DNA of 64,000 bases from Squalus acanthias. Its lineage: Eukaryota. The position numbers and the translations under genes were made by a program. Location of the stretch: positions 52,888,001-52,952,000 of the forward strand of contig CM059432.1 in NCBI GenBank assembly GCA_030390025.1, in the 5' to 3' direction. Positions 26,335 through 39,275 of this stretch are shown in pieces; position 1 is the first letter of the stretch; each line of letters opens with the position of its first letter. Below the pieces are notes generated by a model. That model saw nothing but the letters and a program-made list of their open reading frames with translations. It made no database searches and was not told the origin of the DNA.

Positions 26335-27346
26335 GAGGAAGGTATACAGTGGTGTTCCCCAGGGGTCGGTACTAGGACCACCGCTTTTCTTGATATATAT
26401 TAATGACTTGGACTTGGGTGTACAGGGCACAATTCAAAACTTGCAGATGACACAAAACTTGGAAATATAGTGAACAGTGAGGAGGATAGTGATAGACTTC
26501 AAGAAGACAGGCTGGTGGAATGGGCAGGCACGTGGCAGATGAAATTTAACGCTGAAAAGTGCGAAGCAATACATTTTGGTAGGAAGAACGAGGAGAAGCA
26601 ATATAAACTAAAGGGTAGAATTCTAAAGTGGGTGCATGAATAGAGACACCTGGGGGTATATATGAACAAATCGTTGAATGTTGCAGGGCAGGTTGAGAAA
26701 GTGGTTAAAAAAGCATACGGGATCCTGGGCTTCATAAATAGAGGCATAGAGTACAAAAGCAAGGAAGTTATGATGAACCTTTATAAAACACTGGTTCAGC
26801 CTCAACTGGAGTATTGTGTCCAATTCTGGGCATGGCACGTTAGGAAGGATGTGAAGGCCTTTGAGAGGATGCAGAAAAGATTTACAAGAATGGTTCCAGG
26901 GATGAGGGACTTCAGTTACGTAGATAGACTGGAGAAGCTGGGGTTGTTCTCCTTAGAGCAGAGAAGGTTGAGGAGAGATTTGATAGAGGTGTTCAAAATC
27001 ATGAGGGGTCTTACAGAGTAGATAGAAACTGTTCCCATTGGCAGAAGGATTGAGAACCAGAGGACACAGATTTAAGGTGATTGGCAGAAGAACCAAAGAT
27101 GACATGAGGAAAAACTTTTTTACGCAGCGAGTGGTTAAGATCTGGAATTCACTGCCTGAAAGGGTGGTGGAGGCAGATTCAATTGTGACTTTCAAAAGGG
27201 AATTGGATAAGTACCTGAAGGAAAAAAATTTGCAGGGCTACGGGGAAAGGGCAGGGAAGTGGGACTAGCTGAAGTGCTCTTGCAGAGAGCTGGCACGGGC
27301 TCGACGGGCTGAATGACCTCCTTCTGTGCTGTAACCATTCTATGAT
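26335..27346 (+). mobile_element. 5'-truncated CR1 LINE
   Basis: [17 protein letters not shown] start; ORFs 26662-27021 and 27038-27268; tail AACCATTCTATGAT. Confidence 0.9.
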
Positions 27347-28004
27347 GTGGTCATTTTATACAAATATCAGTAAGAAGGTTAATAGAAAAATGTTGTGGCT
27401 CTGCAAACTTTAGGTATGGATAGTGGGTGAGTGTTTCCCCCCTCAAATATTCAGTACTCCAAGGGTATTCTTTACTTAAGAGCAGCAACTTAAAAAAAAT
27501 CGTTAGAGAATCAGAAAATAAACATTTGTACTCCATCCAATTTCAAAATGGTCTCTTTTTGATATTTTGTATCGCTTGTTTATGTGTGCATTATACACTG
27601 AAGTCTTATTAGCTCACAACAGACAGAATCCCATATTCGAATTCGTGTAAACTGGACAGGAATCCTTAGTGTGTAGATGATATTCTAACACTTGATTCTT
27701 AAGAGGTCACCTTCAAATACTATTCTGCAGTAATACTAACACATTTGTCATCACTGCGGTTTTACAGGATGCTAGTCTGAAAAGGACAGTGCAACAATGC
27801 AAGTAAGGCACAGTGTAACTACGAGCTCAGTAACCAAGAACACAGTCTGCTTTAAAAGGTGCTCTTAGTTTACACCAACTACAGCCTACCTTTCCAACTT
27901 TAAAAAAAAATTCCAGCAGTACATTGCATTTGTGTTCAATTACTAAAAATTGAAAACAACTCTCCCAATGTTTTTAGTAGGTAAATGCTTCATTTGAGGC
28001 AATA

Positions 28005-28275
28005 TTAATTCATACAAACCAGAAAGTTCTAAATTTAATCCAGGTCTGTGCTAACGTAGCAGATTCCAGCCAGGGCAATAGATGAGATGTTATAATTGGC
28101 CTCACCATCCCTAAACGAGGGATGGGGTTGGAGAAAATGAACCATGACTTTCATTACTGATTATCTCGTGACCCCTGATGGAAAGTCTGTATTTGAACTT
28201 TGAATGAGAGCAGAATTGGGCTCAGCTGCAATGCCTTCCAAAGTCAAACAGCCTGCCTACATTCACCATCTAGGT
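28005..28275 (+). mobile_element. Degenerate SINE-like repeat
   Basis: CCAGGTCTGTGCT...AATTGGCCTCA...GTGACCCCTG.TGGAAAGT...AGCCTGCC resembles a shark SINE body I recall; not verifiable in the window. Confidence 0.4.
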
Positions 28276-28478
28276 GCATTCATACAAAATAGCCACCAGG
28301 AGGCGGCCCATTGGTGCCCACAAAAACACATTTCTACAAGCCTTTTTGAGAAGGGGAGAAAATGTGAAAAACTGGGGGGTGGGAAAGAAACAATTATGCA
28401 TCAGTCTACGCAAAATTATATTTATTGCATCAAGAAGACACATACAAGCTGTTGAAAAATGATTTGATTTAACCATAC

Positions 28479-28558
28479 CTTGTTGCAAAGATTTGAACCA
28501 AGCCAAAACTTGCCCTTCCATTTTCATCAGTTTTCTGCTGTTGTGGTGCTGGTGACAG
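28479..28558 (-). CDS. SMCHD1: SMCHD1 internal coding exon, 80 nt
   Basis: CCCTTCAG|CTG ... ACA AG|GTATGG; LSPAPQQQKTDENGRASFGLVQIFAT(R), versus recalled human [27 protein letters not shown]. Confidence 0.93.
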
Positions 28559-29164
28559 CTGAAGGGAAAGAAACTGTTTGTTACAGCAGTAAGATACAAT
28601 CATTTTTCCCCTCAAATACACAGGTCTGAAGAAATCCAAATAAAACAGCTAGTACACACACGTACCACCACGATGTGTGGGCAGTGTATGTTGCTGTTAT
28701 ATAAGGCTACCATTTGAAATATATAAATCTGTAAAATTGTTTTCTACAAAAAGTCTCCACAGAATTGGCACCAACAACAGATATAGTCTTCAGTTTTTTT
28801 GTAAGAAATTCAATCTTTGCTATACTGCTGTTACCTGGGGGGGCGGGGGAGAGAAAGAGGATGAGAGGAGAGTAAGAAACAGTACTGTCCTTTTAGGAAA
28901 CTTTCATGCTATGCAATCAGGTATTTTTCTCCTCTCCCTTCACTCCATGGTAGAAGACCTCGTCTAGACCATACGCATACTTTGCTGGGAAGAGATCGCA
29001 CGGAGATCCCAAATTAGCAGTATGCCAGCTCCAAGTCATAAGGGTCTGGAAAAGAAGTCAGGGTAAGCTGGAAGACAGCTTTACCAAACTTTCTTGAAGA
29101 ATGAGGAAAACGATGCATATGTTAGAAGACTCAAATTCCAAATGCAAACAGTAATATACCAAAA

Positions 29165-30190
29165 TACAATCACAGAATCTTACAGCACAGGAGGCGGCCA
29201 TTCAGCCCAACACACTTATGCCCAACACACTCTCTTTAGTCCCATTCCCCTGGCAAGACCCCTACCCTTTTCTTATTCAAATGTTTATCCACTTCCCTTC
29301 TAAAAGCTATTATGGATTCTGCTTCTACCACTGTTTATAGTACAGCATTCAATGTTATGACAGGTTTCTAAAAAAAAAGTTCCTGACCTCTCCTTTTGTT
29401 CTCAGCGATTTGGAACCGCCTCACATCCATCAGATCTTCTCTTAACCCCACTATTCTGGCAAGAGGAGCCCCCGTTTTTCTAGTGACCCCTCATAACTAA
29501 AGCATCCCATCTCTGGCATCATCCTAGCAAACCTCTACGATACCCTCTCGACATCCTTTCTAAAGTGGGAGTCCAAAACTGGACATAGTATACTAATCAC
29601 AGTCTTACCAATGACCTGTAAAGGTTAGTGTTACTTTTTTGCTTTGTACACTATGCCCCTATTTATAAAACTTAAGATCCCATATGCTGCTTTTTGTTTA
29701 AAAAAAGAAAAAGCTAAATCGACTCGTCCTCCCACTTTAAAAGATTTCTGTTCCTGAATGTCTAAGCCCCCTGTACCCGACTTCCAATCATTTTTACATT
29801 TTAAGTAGAGCAATGGCGGCAATACTGACTCCTGGTGGACACATATGGTTACATACCCCAGTCCAAAAAACATTAACGACTTTCAATTCTGTCCTTTAGC
29901 CAACTTCATATGCATGTTGCTACATTTCCTCTAATACTTTGGACTTACATTTTATTAACAAGCCTCTTGTGTGGCACCTTATCAAACACTTTTTGAAAAT
30001 CACACACACAATAGTCACCATCTTTTCTTTATTAACATACTAATTTCCTCAGAATTCTCAAATTTGTCAGACCCAAATCTATTCCTGGCTATCCTTAATT
30101 ACACCATGTTTTTTGAAGTGAGTTATACTATATTATGGCCTCTAGAAGCAGACCCACTACCAATGTTAGGTTCACTGGTCTATTTTACCC
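29165..30190 (-). mobile_element. Old degenerate CR1 LINE
   Basis: AYGILSFINRGIVYK in ORF 29631-29873; CR1 tail at the left end. Confidence 0.7.
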
Positions 30191-30197
30191 AGTTTAA

Positions 30198-33100
30198 GGG
30201 AATGGTAGCACAGTGGTTATGTTACTGGACTAGTAATCCAGAGGCCTGGACTGATCCAGAGACACGAGAGTTCAAATCCCAACACGGCAACTGGGGAATT
30301 TAAATTCAGTTAATTAAATAAAACTGGAATAAAAAGCTAGTATCAGTAATGCTGACCATGAAACTATCGGATCGTCATAAAAACCCATCTGGTTCACTAA
30401 TGTCCTTTTTAGGGAAGGAAATCTGCCATCTTTACCTGGTCTGGCCTATATGTGACTCCAGACCCACAGCAACGTGGTTGACTCTTGACTGCCCTCTGAA
30501 ATGGCCCAGAAAGCCACTCAGTTACACAACCGCTACAAAAAACAATAATAAAACCGGACGGACCACCCGGCATCGACTTAGGACACAACGGCACAACCAG
30601 CCCAGTCCACCCTGCAAAGTTCTCCTCACTAACATCTGGGGACTTGTGCCAAAATTGGGAGAGCTGTCCTACAGACTAGTCAAGCAACAGCCTGACAGTC
30701 ATACTCACAGAATTATACCTTTCAGCCAATGTCCCAGACTCCCCCATCACCATCCCTTCACCACCACCGGCAGGACAGACCCAACCAGAGGTGGCGGCAC
30801 AGTGGTATACAGTCGGGAGGGAGTGGGCCTAGGAGCCCTCAACATTGACTATGGACCCCATAAAGTCTCGTGGCTTCAGGTAAAGCATGGGCAAGGAAAC
30901 CTCCTGCTGATTACCACCTACCATCCTCCCTCAGTTGATGAATCAGTACTCCTCCATGTTGAACACCACTTGGAAGAAGCACGGAGGATAGCAAGGGCAC
31001 AGAATGTACTCTGGGTGGGGGACTTTAATCTCCATTTCCAAGAGTGGCTCGGTAGCACCACTACTGACTGAGCTGGCCGAGTCCTGAAGGACATAGCTGC
31101 CAGACTGGGCCTGTGACAGGTAGTGAGAGAACAAAAACGAGGGAAAAACCTACTTGACCTCGTCCTCACCAATCTACCTGTCGCAGATGCATCTGTCCAT
31201 GACCGCATTGGTAGCAGTGACCACCACACAGACTTGTTCACACTGAGGACACCCTCCATCGTGTTGTGTGGCACGACCACTGTGCTAAATGGGATAGATT
31301 CAGAACAGATCTAGCTGCTCAAAACTGGGCATCCATGAGGCGCTGTGGGCCATCAGCAGCAGCAGAATTGTATTCCACCACAATCTGTAATCTCATGGCT
31401 CGGCATATCCCTCACTATCATTACCATCAACCCTGGTTCTATGTGGAGTGCGTAAGAGCAGGCCAGGAGCAGCAGCAGGAGTACCTAAAAATGACTTACC
31501 AACCTGAGGAAGCTGCAAAACAGGACTAAATGCATGCTAAATAGCGAAAGCAGCATGCTATGGACAGAGCTAAGCGATCCCACAATCAACGGATCAGATC
31601 AAAGCTCTGCAGTCCTGCCACATCCAGTCGTGAATGCTGGTGGACAATTAAACAACTAACGGGAGGAGGCTGCTCCATGAATATCCCCATCCTCAATGAT
31701 GGCGAAGCCCAGCACGCGAGAGCAAAAGACAACGCTGAAGCGTTTGCAACCATCTTCAGCCAGAAGTGCTGAGTGGATGATCCATCTCGGCCTCCTCCTG
31801 AGGTCCCCACCATCACAGAAGCCAGTCTTCAGCCAATTTGATTCACTTCACGTGATAACAAGAAACGGCTGAGCGCAGTGGGTACAGCAAAGGCTATGGG
31901 GCTCTGACAACATCCCGGCTGTCGTGCTGAATACTTGTGCTCCAGAACTAGTCGGGCCTCTATACAAGCTGTTGCAGTACAGCGACAACTCTGGCATCTA
32001 CCAGACAATGTGGAAAACTGCCCAGGTGCGTCCTGTCCACAAAAAGCAGGACAAATCCAATCCGGCCAATTATTGCCCCATGAGTCTACTCTCAATCATT
32101 AGCAAAGTGATGGAAGGTGCCGTCGACAGTATCATCAAGCGGCACTTACTCACCGATGCTCAAGTTTGGGTTCCGCCAGGACCACTCGGCTCCCGACCTC
32201 ATTACAGCCTTGGTTCAAACATGGACAAAAGAGCTGAATTCCAGAGGCAAGGTGAGAGTGACTGCCCTTGACATCAAGGCAGCATTCGACCGAGTGTGGC
32301 ATCAAGGATCCCTAGTAAAACTGAAGTCAATGGGAATCAGGGGGAGAACTCTCCACTGACTGGAGTCATACCTAGCACAAACGAAGATGGTTGTGGTTGT
32401 TGGAGGCCAATCATCTCAGCCCCAGGAGATCGCTGCAGGAGTTCCTCAGGGCAGTGTCCTAGGCCCAACCATCTTCAGCTGCTTCATCATAAGGTCAGAA
32501 GTGGGGATGTTCACTGATGATTGCAATGTTCAGTTCCATTTGCAACACCTCAGTTAATGAATCAGTCCATGCCCGCATGCAGCAAGACCTTGACAACATT
32601 CAGGCTTGGGCTGAAAAGTGCCAAGTAAGATTCGCGCCACACAAGTGCCAGGCAATGATTATCTCCAACAAGCGAGACTAACCACCACCCCTTGACATTC
32701 AACAGCATTACCATCGCCGAATCCCCCACCAGCATCCTGGGGTCACCACTGACCAGAAACTTAACTGGACCAGCTACAAATATTGTGGCAACAAGAACAG
32801 GTCAGAGGCTGGGTATTCTGCGAGTGTCTCACCATCTACAAGGCACAAGTCAGAGGTGTGATGGACTACTCTCCACTTGACAAGATGAGTGCAGCTCCAA
32901 TAACTTTCAAGGAGCTCGACACCACCCAGGACAAAACAGCCCGATTGACTGGCGATCCATCCACCACCTTAAACATTCACTCCCTCCACCACCGGCGCAC
33001 CGTGGCTGCAGTGTGTACCATCTACAAGTTGCACTGCAGCAACTCACCAAGGCTTCTTCGACAGCACTTCCCAAACCCACGACCTCTACCACCTAGGAGA

Positions 33101-33374
33101 CGACGTGCAGCAGGCGCATGGGAACACCATCACCTGCAAGCTCCCCTCCAAGTTACACACCATCCCGAGTTGGAAATATATCACGGTTCTTTCATTGTCG
33201 CTGGGTCAAAATCCCGGAACTCCCTCCCTAACAGCACTATGGGAGTATCTTCAGCACATAGACTGCAGCGGTTCAAGAAGGCTGCTCACTACCACCTTCT
33301 CAAGGGCAATTAGGGAAGGGCAATAAATGCTGGCCTTGCCAGCGACACCCACATCCCAGGATCGAATAAAAAAA
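30198..33374 (+). mobile_element. Family X LINE copy 3, apparently full length, with a tRNA-derived head
   Basis: A box, B box and SINE-like body, then APE (LLTNIWGL, WVGDFN, SDH) and RT; A-rich tail; several stops and frameshifts. Confidence 0.92.
30206..30279 (+). promoter_or_regulatory. Type 2 RNA polymerase III internal promoter (A and B boxes)
   Basis: A box TAGCACAGTGG 30206-30216; B box GTTCAAATCC 30270-30279. Confidence 0.7.
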
Positions 33375-33599
33375 GTTCATCGCCTTCTGCTTTATTGTAA
33401 AGAGATGTTCTCTTGGCAGGCATCTGGGGCAACTTCCAAACCCAAGGTTATTTGAAAAATTATGATTAGCGAAAGAAAAATTAGAGTGCCCATATTTTAC
33501 TGCATCAGAGCAAAATGCACCAACTGGACAAATTGGCTTCATTTTTCTACTGGGACTACAGCAAGGTTGAATATTTTCCTGGTGTTTAGAAATGGAATG

Positions 33600-33915
33600 A
33601 CTGTTGGCGGAAGGGTCGAGAACCAGAGGACACAGATTTAAAGTGATTGGCAACAGAACCAAAGGCGACATGAGAAAAAACTTTTTTTACGCAGCGAGTC
33701 GTTAGGATCTGGAATGCACTGCCTGAAAGGGTGGTGGAAGCAGACTCAATAGCGGCTTTCAAAAGGGAATTGGATAAGTACCCGAAGGGAAAAAAATTGC
33801 AGGGCTACAGGGAAAGGGTGGGGGCGTGGGACTAGCTGAAGTGCTCTTGCAGAGAGCTGGCACGGGCTCGACGGGCCGAATGGCCTCTTTCTGTGATGTA
33901 ACCATTCTATGATTC
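33600..33915 (+). mobile_element. CR1 3' fragment
   Basis: Highly similar to 27030-27346. Confidence 0.85.
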
Positions 33916-34975
33916 TCTCAAATAAGGCTGTCTATGCAGCTAAAATGGGGGGGAGGGGGGGGGGGATGACCATGGCCACTTAGCTATTGCATACTGTTGA
34001 ACACATGACCTACTGCTTCTTCGGTTTGAGTAGTGATTTATTAATTTAAAATTGGAAGTTGAAACGATAATGAAGAATGGAAATGTTACACGAGAGAACA
34101 AAAACTGTAGATTGACTCTTATAATATTCTTCATCAGAAACCATAAACAAGTGGAAAAAATCATATTTACATTTGACTACAACTATATGTATCTTTTATT
34201 TCCAACATATTTCTGAATTGCAGCTATCAAATGCACTTTTCATAGGATATACAGCACAGAAACAGGCCATTCGGCCCAACCAGTCCAGGCCGGCGTTTAT
34301 GCTCCACTCGAGCCATTGAGCCCAGTTAATTGAATAGATAATACAGTAACTTCTCTCAAAAACACTTGTTGGAAAAAGTAACTAGGGAGTCCAATTGGAT
34401 AAAAACAAGAAGTTACCAAGTCCATCCACCCCACTTCAATATTAAATTGAACCGAATAGACAATTTAAAATCCTGTAGGAATTTCATTATACTCAAGTCA
34501 TTTCATACACATTACTTCCTTCATACTACTTCACTTGTGGTGGGAAGCAAGCCGATAAATAAAGACTATGGAGGGGCACATTTATATCCAAGTCCCACCA
34601 ATTTACATCGATCTCAGGCTGTTAATTCCAATAGGCCTTGGTGTCCTGATTTAGGATTTATCCACCAACGAGGCACTTTCCAAAATATAGGCTCAGAAAA
34701 CACAAAACAGAAGAAACAGAAGGAATATAAGCACAAATAGGACTACATTTCTTGGATTTTGGAGGCTGAATCACCAGGGCTCAGGCTAGACACTTCTGTT
34801 ATATACTATCTGTATTGTAAAACATGCAACATTTTAGAAAAACATCCTTAACGTGTGCATGTTGAAAAAGCTGTAGCATATAATTTTTTCCTATATTTGT
34901 GCATCATCATAACCATGTTAACGGTACTATAAATTCTAAATTTTGCAGCCAATATAGCATCAGTAAATTCCTTAC

Positions 34976-35101
34976 CTTTAAGCCACTTTCCTTTATCAGG
35001 ACAACTTTAATCACAGGTTCAGGAGAAGGATTCCCCCAAGCATCACAAAGCTGCACAACCAAAGGCTTATCGAGAGCCTTACCATTGACAACTGAGAGGG
35101 G
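34976..35101 (-). CDS. SMCHD1: SMCHD1 internal coding exon, 126 nt
   Basis: TTTTTAG|CCC ... AAG|GTAAGG; PLSVVNGKALDKPLVVQLCDAWGNPSPEPVIKVVLIKESGLK. Confidence 0.94.
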
Positions 35102-35619
35102 CTAAAAATAAAAGAAGTACAGCTAAGGCACATACACCACAAAAGACTTTAATTTTTCCTTAATACCAACTTTCAAATAAGTGCCACACAAAAATCAACT
35201 GATTGTCACACTAACTATCTTCAATGTAGTTTATTAAGTTATCATAGTTCAACCTCCAAAAACAAATCAATAATCCATCATCCAAATGTGTATAAGGACT
35301 TCAAAGTGCACCAATGAATGCAGGATTTGCTGCTCAGCCCTGTACAAAACATTGTCCTTTAACTGTAGCGCTGAAGGGGGTGGCATTGGAGGATCAAGCC
35401 AGAGGAAGAGAGTGTTACGAGAATGGGAGCTTTGTATGAGAATTATGAACTATATTCAATTCTATAATTTACCTCTGTACCTAATAAAGTTCATTGTTTG
35501 TACTTATTTTTAAATGATAAAATGTTTTTTGAAAGTTTTGTTTTGGGTTAGCTAGGTGTTTGATCACCAAATAGTAAGGAATTCACACAAGTTACATCTT
35601 TCCCATATGGAAGGTTCAC

Positions 35620-38600
35620 TCTCAATGACGATGACAAATAGAGATAAAATGGGTTTGATCTAATAGCCATTACAGAGACGTGGTTGCAAAGTGACCAAGG
35701 TTAGGAACTAAATGTTCCAGGGTACTTGACTTTTCGAAAAGACAGGCAGAATGGAAAAGGAGGGGGAGTAGCCCTGATAATAAAGGATGACATAAGGACA
35801 GTAGAGAGAAAGGATCTCGGCTCGGAAGATCAGGAAGTAGAATCAGTATGGGTGGAGATAAGGAATAACAAGGGGCAGAAAACACTGGTGGGAGTAGTAT
35901 ATAGGCCCCCTAACAGTAGCTATACCGTTGGACAAAGTATTAATGAAGAAATAGTAGGAGCTTGCAAAGGTAACACAATAATCGTGGGGGACTTTAATCT
36001 TCATATAGACTGGACAAATCAAATTGGCAAAGGTAGTCTGGAGGACGAGTTCATGGAATGCATTCGGGACAGATTCCTAGAACAATACGTCATGGAACTA
36101 ACCAGGGAACAGGCTATTTTAGATCTTGTATTGTGTAATGAGGCAGGGTTACTTAGCAATCTCAGTAAAGGATCCTCTGGGGCAGAGTGATCATAACATG
36201 ATAGAATTTCACATTAAGTTTGAGAGTGACTTGCCTAAGTCCAAAACTAGAGTCTTAAACTTAAATAAAGCCAATTACATAGGTATGAGGGGCGAGTTGG
36301 CTAAGGTAGATTGGAAAAATAGATTAAAAGTTATGGTGGTAGATAAGCAGTGGCTAGCATTTAAAGAAATATTCATAATTCTCAACAAAAATACATTCCA
36401 TTGAGAAACAAAAACTCCACGGGAAAAGTGATCCAACTGTGGCTAACTAAAGAAGTTAAGGATAGCATTAGATTGAAAGAAGCAGCTTATAATGTTGTGA
36501 AGAATAGTAGTAAGCCTGAGGATTGGGAGAGTTTCAGAAACCAGCAAAGGATGACCAAAACATTGATAAAAAGGGAAAAAATAGAATGAAAGAAAACTAG
36601 CAGGAAATATAAAAGCAGGTTGTAAGAGCTTTTACAAGTATGTAAAAAGGAAGAGAGTAGCAAAAATAAACATAGGTCCCTTCGAGGCTGAGACAGGAGA
36701 AATTATTATGGGGAATAAGGAAATGGCAGAAACTTTAACCAACTATTTTGTATCTGTCTTCACAGTAGAAGACACAAAAAGCATACCAAAAATGGTGGGG
36801 AACCAAGGGTCTAATGAGGGTGAGGAACTTAACGTAATTAATATAAGTAGAGAAAAAGTACTAGAGAAACTAATGGGACTAAAAGCTGACAAATCCCCTG
36901 GACCCGACGGCCTACATCCTAGGGTTCTAAAAGAGGTGGCTGAAGAGATAGTGGATGCATTGATTTTGATCTTCCAAAATTTCCTAGATTCTATAACGGT
37001 CCCAGCGGATTGGAAGTTCGCAAATGGAACACCGCTATTCAAGAAAGGAGAGAGAAAACAGGGAACTACAGGCCAGTTAGCCTGACATCAGTCGTCAGGA
37101 AAATGCTGGAATCCATTGTTAAGGAAGTTGTATCAGGGCACTTAGAAAATCATAATATGATTAGGCAGAGTCAACATGGTTTTATGAAAGGGAAATCATG
37201 TTTGACAAATTTATTAGAGTTTTTTGAGGATGTAACTAGCAGGGTAGATAAAGGGGAACCAGTGGATGTAGTATATTTGGATTTCCAAAAGGCATTTGAT
37301 AAGATGCCACATAAAAGGTTATTACACAAAATTAGGGTTAATGAGATTGGGGGTAATATAGTAGCATGGATAGAGGATTGATTAACGGACAGAAAACAGA
37401 GAGTAGGGATAAACGGATCTTTTTCAGGTTGGCAGGCTGTAATTAGTGGGGTGCCGCAAGGATCAGTGTCGGGGCTGCAGCTATTTACAATCTAGATTAA
37501 TGACCTCGATGAAGTTTGCTGACGGTACAAAGCTAGGTGGAACAGTAAGCTGTAAGGAGAACACAAAGGGCTGGATTTTGATACTGGGGCGGGTTGGGGT
37601 CGTGTCATCCACTTTTCATGTTATCCACCCGACTGCAATTGGATGTGGGAGATTGATGCAATTTTCACCTAATTGGGCAATTGAGTTCCAGCATGTGGGA
37701 ACCCATGAACCAATTAGTGTTTTCAGTCTGAAAGTCACCTCTGATGATGTCATCATTGCTGCTGCATTGAAGGTCTGCAAAGACTGCCTGGCCTTTGCTG
37801 AGAGGGGACCTGGATGCAAAATGAGCAGCAGCAGCCCTAAGTCTACTCCCAGATATTTTTACACAAGAGAGAGAGAGATCCAGCCAGCCAAATGTGCTCC
37901 CGCCAGGTTTCACAATCGTGGTTCAGAACAGGTGTGCTTCACGTAGAACAAGGGTTAAAATCACAAAGGCCTTTCAAAATGGCATTAGAGAGCCAATTTA
38001 GTGCTTGTTAAGGGCCTTAACAGCCTATCCCGTCTCTTAAAGGCGGGACGCAGTCGGGACCAGCAGACACGATTTCATGAAAATTGCGTGGAGGCGGACT
38101 TGTGCCCGCCCGCCAGTTTTCGCAATTTTAACCCCCCACACGCCTCCAAACCCGCCTCCACGGGTCAATGAAAATCCAGCCCAAAGAGTCTGCAAAGGGA
38201 TATAGATAGACTAAGTGAGTGGGCAGTAAGGTGGCAGATGGAGTATAATGTAGGAAAATGTGAGGTTATTCGCTTTGGTAAGAAGAATTGAAAAACAGAA
38301 TATTTTTTAAATGGCGAGAAACTTTCAAATGTTGGTGTTCAGAGAGGTTTGGGTGTCCTCGTGCAAGAAACACAGAAAGCTAGCATGCAGGTACAGCAAG
38401 CAATAAGGAAGGCAAATGGCATGTTGGCCTTTATTGCAAGGGGGTTGGAGTATAAGAGTAAAGAAGTCTTGCTACAATTGTACAAGGCCTTGGTGAGACC
38501 ACACCTGGAGTACTGTGCACAGTTTTGGTCTCCTTATCCAAGTAAGGAAATACTTGCCTTGAAGGCAGTGCAACCAAGGTTCACTAGACTGACTCCTGGG

Positions 38601-39063
38601 ATGAGAGGGCTGTCCTATGATGAGAGATTGTGTAGAATGGGCCTATACTCTCTGGAGTTTACAAGAATGAGAGGTGATCTCATTGAAACATACAAGATTC
38701 TGAAGGGGATTGACAGGGTAGATGCTGAGAGGTTGTTTCTCCTGGCTGAAGTGTCTAGAACTAGGGGGCATAGTCTCAGGATAAGGGGTAGGCCATTTAA
38801 GACTGAGATGAGGAGGAATTTCTTCACTCAGAGGGTTGTGAATCTTTGGAATTCTCTGCCCCAGAGGGCTGTGAATGCTGAGTCTTTGTGTATATTCAAG
38901 GCTGAGAGAGATAGATTTTTGGACTCTAGGGGAATCAAGGGATATGGAGATCGGGCGGGAAAGTAGAGTTGAGGTAGAAGATCAGCCATGATCTTATTGA
39001 ATGGCAGAGCAGGCTCGAGGGGCCGTATGGCCTACTCCTGCTCCTATTTCTTATGTTCTTATG
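35620..39063 (+). mobile_element. CR1 LINE with nearly complete but broken ORF2 (APE and RT)
   Basis: YRPPNS, VGDFN, SDH, KSPGPDG, YLDFQKAFDK, LEYCAQFWSP; tail TTCTTATGTTCTTATG; interrupted by a MITE. Confidence 0.92.
37568..38182. mobile_element. PIF/Harbinger-type MITE nested in CR1 RT
   Basis: Perfect 12-bp TIR GGGCTGGATTTT/AAAATCCAGCCC, TSD AAA; removing it restores ENTKSLQRDID. Confidence 0.9.
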
Positions 39064-39165
39064 ACATATCACACTTATGATGCGGAGATGCCGGTGTTGG
39101 ACTGGGGTGGACAAAATTGAGAGGTCGCACAACACCAGGTTATAGTCCAACAGTTTTATTTGAAA

Positions 39166-39208
39166 TCACAAGCTTTCGGAGCTATCGATTTGCTCCTTCC
39201 TCAGGTGA
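39166..39208 (-). ncRNA. Minimal hammerhead ribozyme motif (left arm, sense to SMCHD1 pre-mRNA)
   Basis: Exact reverse complement of 39475-39517. Confidence 0.75.
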
Positions 39209-39275
39209 AGTAAATTAGATACAGAATCTCCAAAGCATATATAGATAGAAAACAAAGCATGTGTACTTTACAATT

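Noticed and set aside
30198..30290. tRNA gene
   Set aside because: Has A and B boxes but no convincing cloverleaf or adjacent terminator, and continues into a repeat body; it is a SINE-type head
35726..38966. Active CR1 ORF2 or domesticated RT gene
   Set aside because: Broken by several frameshifts and stops and by a MITE insertion
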